Positions 33,949-37,303 of a stretch of 37,303 bases of DNA are shown here, piece by piece. The DNA is taken from NCBI RefSeq assembly GCF_001194135.2, contig NC_068986.1:65662400-65699702 (forward strand), read 5' to 3'. Within the stretch, counting starts at the first letter, position 1. Each line of letters begins with the position of its first letter. Origin of the DNA: Octopus bimaculoides. Its lineage: Eukaryota. Below the pieces are notes generated by a model. That model had not been told where the DNA came from, made no database searches, and was given only the letters and a program-made list of their open reading frames with translations. The position numbers and the translations under genes are program-made.

Positions 33949-34075
33949 CATACGTTTTTTGCAAACAACTTTCAGATGCAAGTGCTACCGCTTGAAAGCT
34001 CCGCATACTGGAGCTAGCATCCATAATAGTCTACGTGGGCCTATTAGCCCAGTAGTGCCAGTTGTACACTCAGGC
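33700..34075 (-). mobile_element. RTE-like LINE 3' end with two degenerate C2H2 fingers, split by (TACA)n
   Basis: Minus strand gives CTTHKKMRLSVGGLKRHIGRLH and, in frame, *ALRNRMCKSLAGLKSHTKASH. In the second finger TGA and CGC are each one change from Cys. The architecture is the same as at 1655-1825. Confidence 0.6.
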
Positions 34076-34084
34076 TATAGAGCG

Positions 34085-34087
34085 TGT

Positions 34088-34128
<41 letters not shown>

Positions 34129-34500
34129 CCTATATTAATGAACGTTCACTACCATCAGTAGCCAACACATCCAGCTTCAACAAATAATCCAACACAACAT
34201 CCGCCATTACCAATGCATCAACTTCTTAACGACCAACAATAACTTTAGTATGAACAAAAGCAACACCATCTAAAATAAAAGACAGTCACATAAGATATTT
34301 CGGCAATCTAGTGTATTGTAAAAGACGAACGAAATATCTTTGATCTAAGGTCAATGAAGATTGACTTGAGACTAAACAGCAACCACGATACTGTCACTGC
34401 CATCTCCAACAACACCACGACCATCATCAAAATCAGCACCACCATCAGCACCACCATCAACAACACCAAAACCAATACGACCACCTCCACCACTCCACGA
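34085..34500. repeat. (GT)n and degenerate (CAA/CAC)n low complexity
   Basis: Direct reading. Confidence 0.8.
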
Positions 34501-35079
34501 GCCCACCAACTTTTGAATAAACAACTGGCAAGAACGATAAAAATGTCAGCATTAAAGCATCTTTAGTTATATATAATCTATTTCCTCAGAATGATGTAGG
34601 TGTTTGTGTGTATGAGTCGAATAAGGAGTTATTATGGCTCATTTAAGAGGTACAAAGGGTAAACTGCCCATGAACGTGGTTACTCTTCAAATAACTGAAC
34701 TCATACAGTACATCCTACGACCTCGCTCTGTCACTATTTCATATTCCCATTTCCATTCTTACAGCCATAGAAATACGACAAAAGTTTTGTTGGATTTACC
34801 AACAATTCAAGTTGTTTGGAAAGAAGCCATCTAATGATGGTTTAGCAGTAGCAGTAGTGCCAAAATAAACCGTAAAGAAGGCAGCAGTAGTACCGAAAGG
34901 AACCGTAGATTGAATTATACTAGATATTAAACGTTTTAAAAAGTTTTGATGCGAGATAAAAAAAAAAAATAGCAACATTGCTAAAACGTTAAAGCTTGCA
35001 AGACAAGAGAGAGAAAATTGACTCAAATGCTCCACAAGTTATTCCGTTAACTCCTCCAGTCTTATCTTCCCCTCGATCT

Positions 35080-36200
35080 AGCGGTTCTTGTGGACAGAGA
35101 GTAAGGATCAGACTCGAGCATTGTGCCGATAATCATGATGGTAATTAAGAAAGAAAGGCATAGATATTGCATGACGATTTCCAGAAAAAGGAAATCAAAA
35201 ACCTCTATTAACTCGTAAAGGCTAACTTGAAAGATTCGGGAAACGCTTGAATTTTCATATTAAAATGACCGGTGAAACTACTAATACTGATAAAAAGGAT
35301 GCTACTACTTATCCTGAGTAGCTGAAGAAAATGATTGCTGAAGTGGACTGCCTATCAGAGTAACGATACGGTATTGATGAAACTGTAATTTTCTGAAACC
35401 CATACCTACTGAAGCTTCTGGTTTTCTAAGGTTACGCACGGTTTAATTTACCTCTGATTTCAATTTCTAGTATGACAGCATGGATGACTAAGAGGCTTTT
35501 CCAGGAATGATATGCAAGCATTTTATCTCCTGTTGCAGAAAGATGCAGATCCAGGTTTAATATTTCCAACATAACAGTGTTCCTTTTAAACATTACACAA
35601 AACATTTGAGGGGGCTGAAATGAGCATTCTGATAATTGGAGTGTAGAATGAATCCTATTGAATATGGTATCTTTGCTCCAGTCAATGTATCAAAGTGAGA
35701 TAGCCTACTTTAATGCACATGATCTGAAAGATTTCAAGTAACTCATAAAAGTAATTGACTGGGAAGATGAGCCCACAGTCAGAGACTTCTAGAAGAAGTT
35801 CAAAATAATGAATTTTGTGGGTAATACAGGTGAGTATAAAGGCGGAGCGAAACCCTCAACACTGAATAGAGCTACAGAAAAATATGGACAGACTATCCGT
35901 GACTTTACATATTTTCCACAAGCAGAAAGTCTACAGCAAATTCCAAAAGGAAATGATATAGGGTTTGATGAAGTCATAGAGGATGATGTGATTGAGTTAC
36001 TTGTTCCATAGGGTAAGTTTAGCTAACTTAGAATCTGATGCAGTTTGAACAAAAGCAAAGAGAGAATATGGACAGAGCACGGAAATACTACCAACTCCGT
36101 TAAAATTTATTGCCAAGAATATTGCTAAAATGTTGGTATTTATAGAGGAAGATCTACAAATTTTTGTTAATAGCATCCCCAACAGTGAATATTACTGGTG
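35080..36200 (+). mobile_element. Tigger/pogo-family transposase remnant
   Basis: Translation gives RKG*LERFGKRLNFHIKMTGETTNTDKKDATTYPE*LKKMIAE...IDETVIF*...AWMTKRLFQE*...SLLQSMYQSEIAYFNAH...TVRDF*KKFKI...KPSTLN. This matches CENP-B HTH and DDE_1 pogo motifs (GWLERF, DETG, AWMT, QPMDQG). There are many stops and no TIRs were found. Confidence 0.8.
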
Positions 36201-36299
36201 GAAAATGGGTTCAGATACTACACAACGTAAAGAGATGATGCGCTATTATTTTTTGCAAATGAGTTGGAATATCTCATACTTTATTACTATCACGATAAC

Positions 36300-36344
36300 T
36301 ATATGTGTGTATGTACGTATGTACAAACATATATTTATGTGTAC

Positions 36345-36417
<73 letters not shown>

Positions 36418-36545
36418 TGTATGTGTTATTATACATACATAAATACATGGACACACAAGCCTACACGAACATGTATGCATACGTGTATGTGTGTATATGC
36501 ATGTATACGTGTGTATATGTGTGTGAGTTCGGCGTGTGTGTGCAA
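36300..36545. repeat. (TA)n and mixed TG/TATG microsatellites
   Basis: Direct reading. Confidence 0.9.
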
Positions 36546-36966
36546 GTTCTCAGATATCAATATCGAAATCTAAAAGAATAACAACAACCAGAGTCAGTTA
36601 AACGTAAGATAACGGTTGTTTTTATTCATCCAGACATCCATGCTAAATTGTAAATAGATTTACGCAGCTAATCATATACAAATGGTGTGTTACTTATATA
36701 CAAATAAGTATACATATACTTGAGCAAATGTACAATATCTGCATTCCTATATAACTAACATAATAAAGTATTATTTGTAGAATAAAATAAAAAATAAATT
36801 CCAATAAAACAGTAATTCAATTTCTGTGACTACAAATATTTTATCTCCTTATTGCAATGAAAGTTATGTAAACTATATTGTATGTATACACTGTATGCAT
36901 GTTCGTGTTCCTGCATGTATATGTGTGCGTTTGTGTGTGTGCGTGTGTGCATACAGATTTTTGCCG

Positions 36967-37303
36967 ATTATTATTATTATTATTATTATAATTATTATTG
37001 TTCAGTAGTTTTATTTTTATAACGTGCTTTCACTTCACTACCGAGCGCAGCTGTGTGCGCCTTGGGTATGTGCTGTGGTTTGATGTGGTGCTCTTATGTT
37101 TACTGTATTGAAAGTGTTTTGCGTAGAATGTGTGCAGTACCCAGTAGTGCAATTTTCTGTATGTTATATATATTTGTAAGTCCTGGTGTTTTTGTTATGT
37201 ATTTGTCTGAATATTTTTTTATTATACCTAAGGCACCTACTATGATAGGAATTGTTTCTGTTTTTAGATTCCACATTCGAGTTATCTCTATTTCCAGGTC
37301 TTT
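36967..37303 (-). mobile_element. 3' end of an R4/Dong-like LINE, continuing beyond the window
   Basis: The frame is uninterrupted from the window edge: KDLEIEITRMWNLKTETIPIIVGALGIIKKYSDKYITKTPGLTNIYNIQKIALLGTAHILRKTLSIQ* (stop at 37100-37102). The 3' UTR is 37000-37099 and the (ATT)n tail is 36967-36999. Confidence 0.9.

Noticed and set aside
34850-34907. Two 25-bp direct repeats 33 bp apart (21/25 identical)
   Set aside because: There are only two units with an 8-bp spacer in a eukaryotic context. This is a local duplication, not CRISPR-like.

Overview
AT-rich, repeat-dominated eukaryotic DNA from a gapped assembly, with nine N-runs that nearly all abut microsatellites. The SINE families and the extreme microsatellite load resemble octopod cephalopod genomes; this is an inference from recalled repeat patterns, not a search result. 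I cannot support any host protein-coding gene, rRNA, true tRNA gene or CRISPR array. Most long ORFs in the track are read-through of microsatellites or N-runs. What the sequence does support is a layered set of mobile elements. DNA transposons: a full-length but dead Tc1 (DD34E, 27-bp TIRs), an internally deleted maT-type element (DD37D), a mariner remnant, and a Tigger/pogo remnant. Retroelements: a Penelope-like GIY-YIG fragment, five pieces of R4/Dong-like RLE LINEs (four of them next to (TAA)n), two RTE-like LINE 3' ends with tandem C2H2 fingers, and many tRNA-derived SINEs, some nested. The two most unusual structures are a ~260-bp foldback (3448-3708) and a 581-bp TIR element (10728-11308) inserted in a SINE, whose TIRs each keep a CSL, an octamer and a CCAAT motif. 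I found no convincing new multi-gene biological system.
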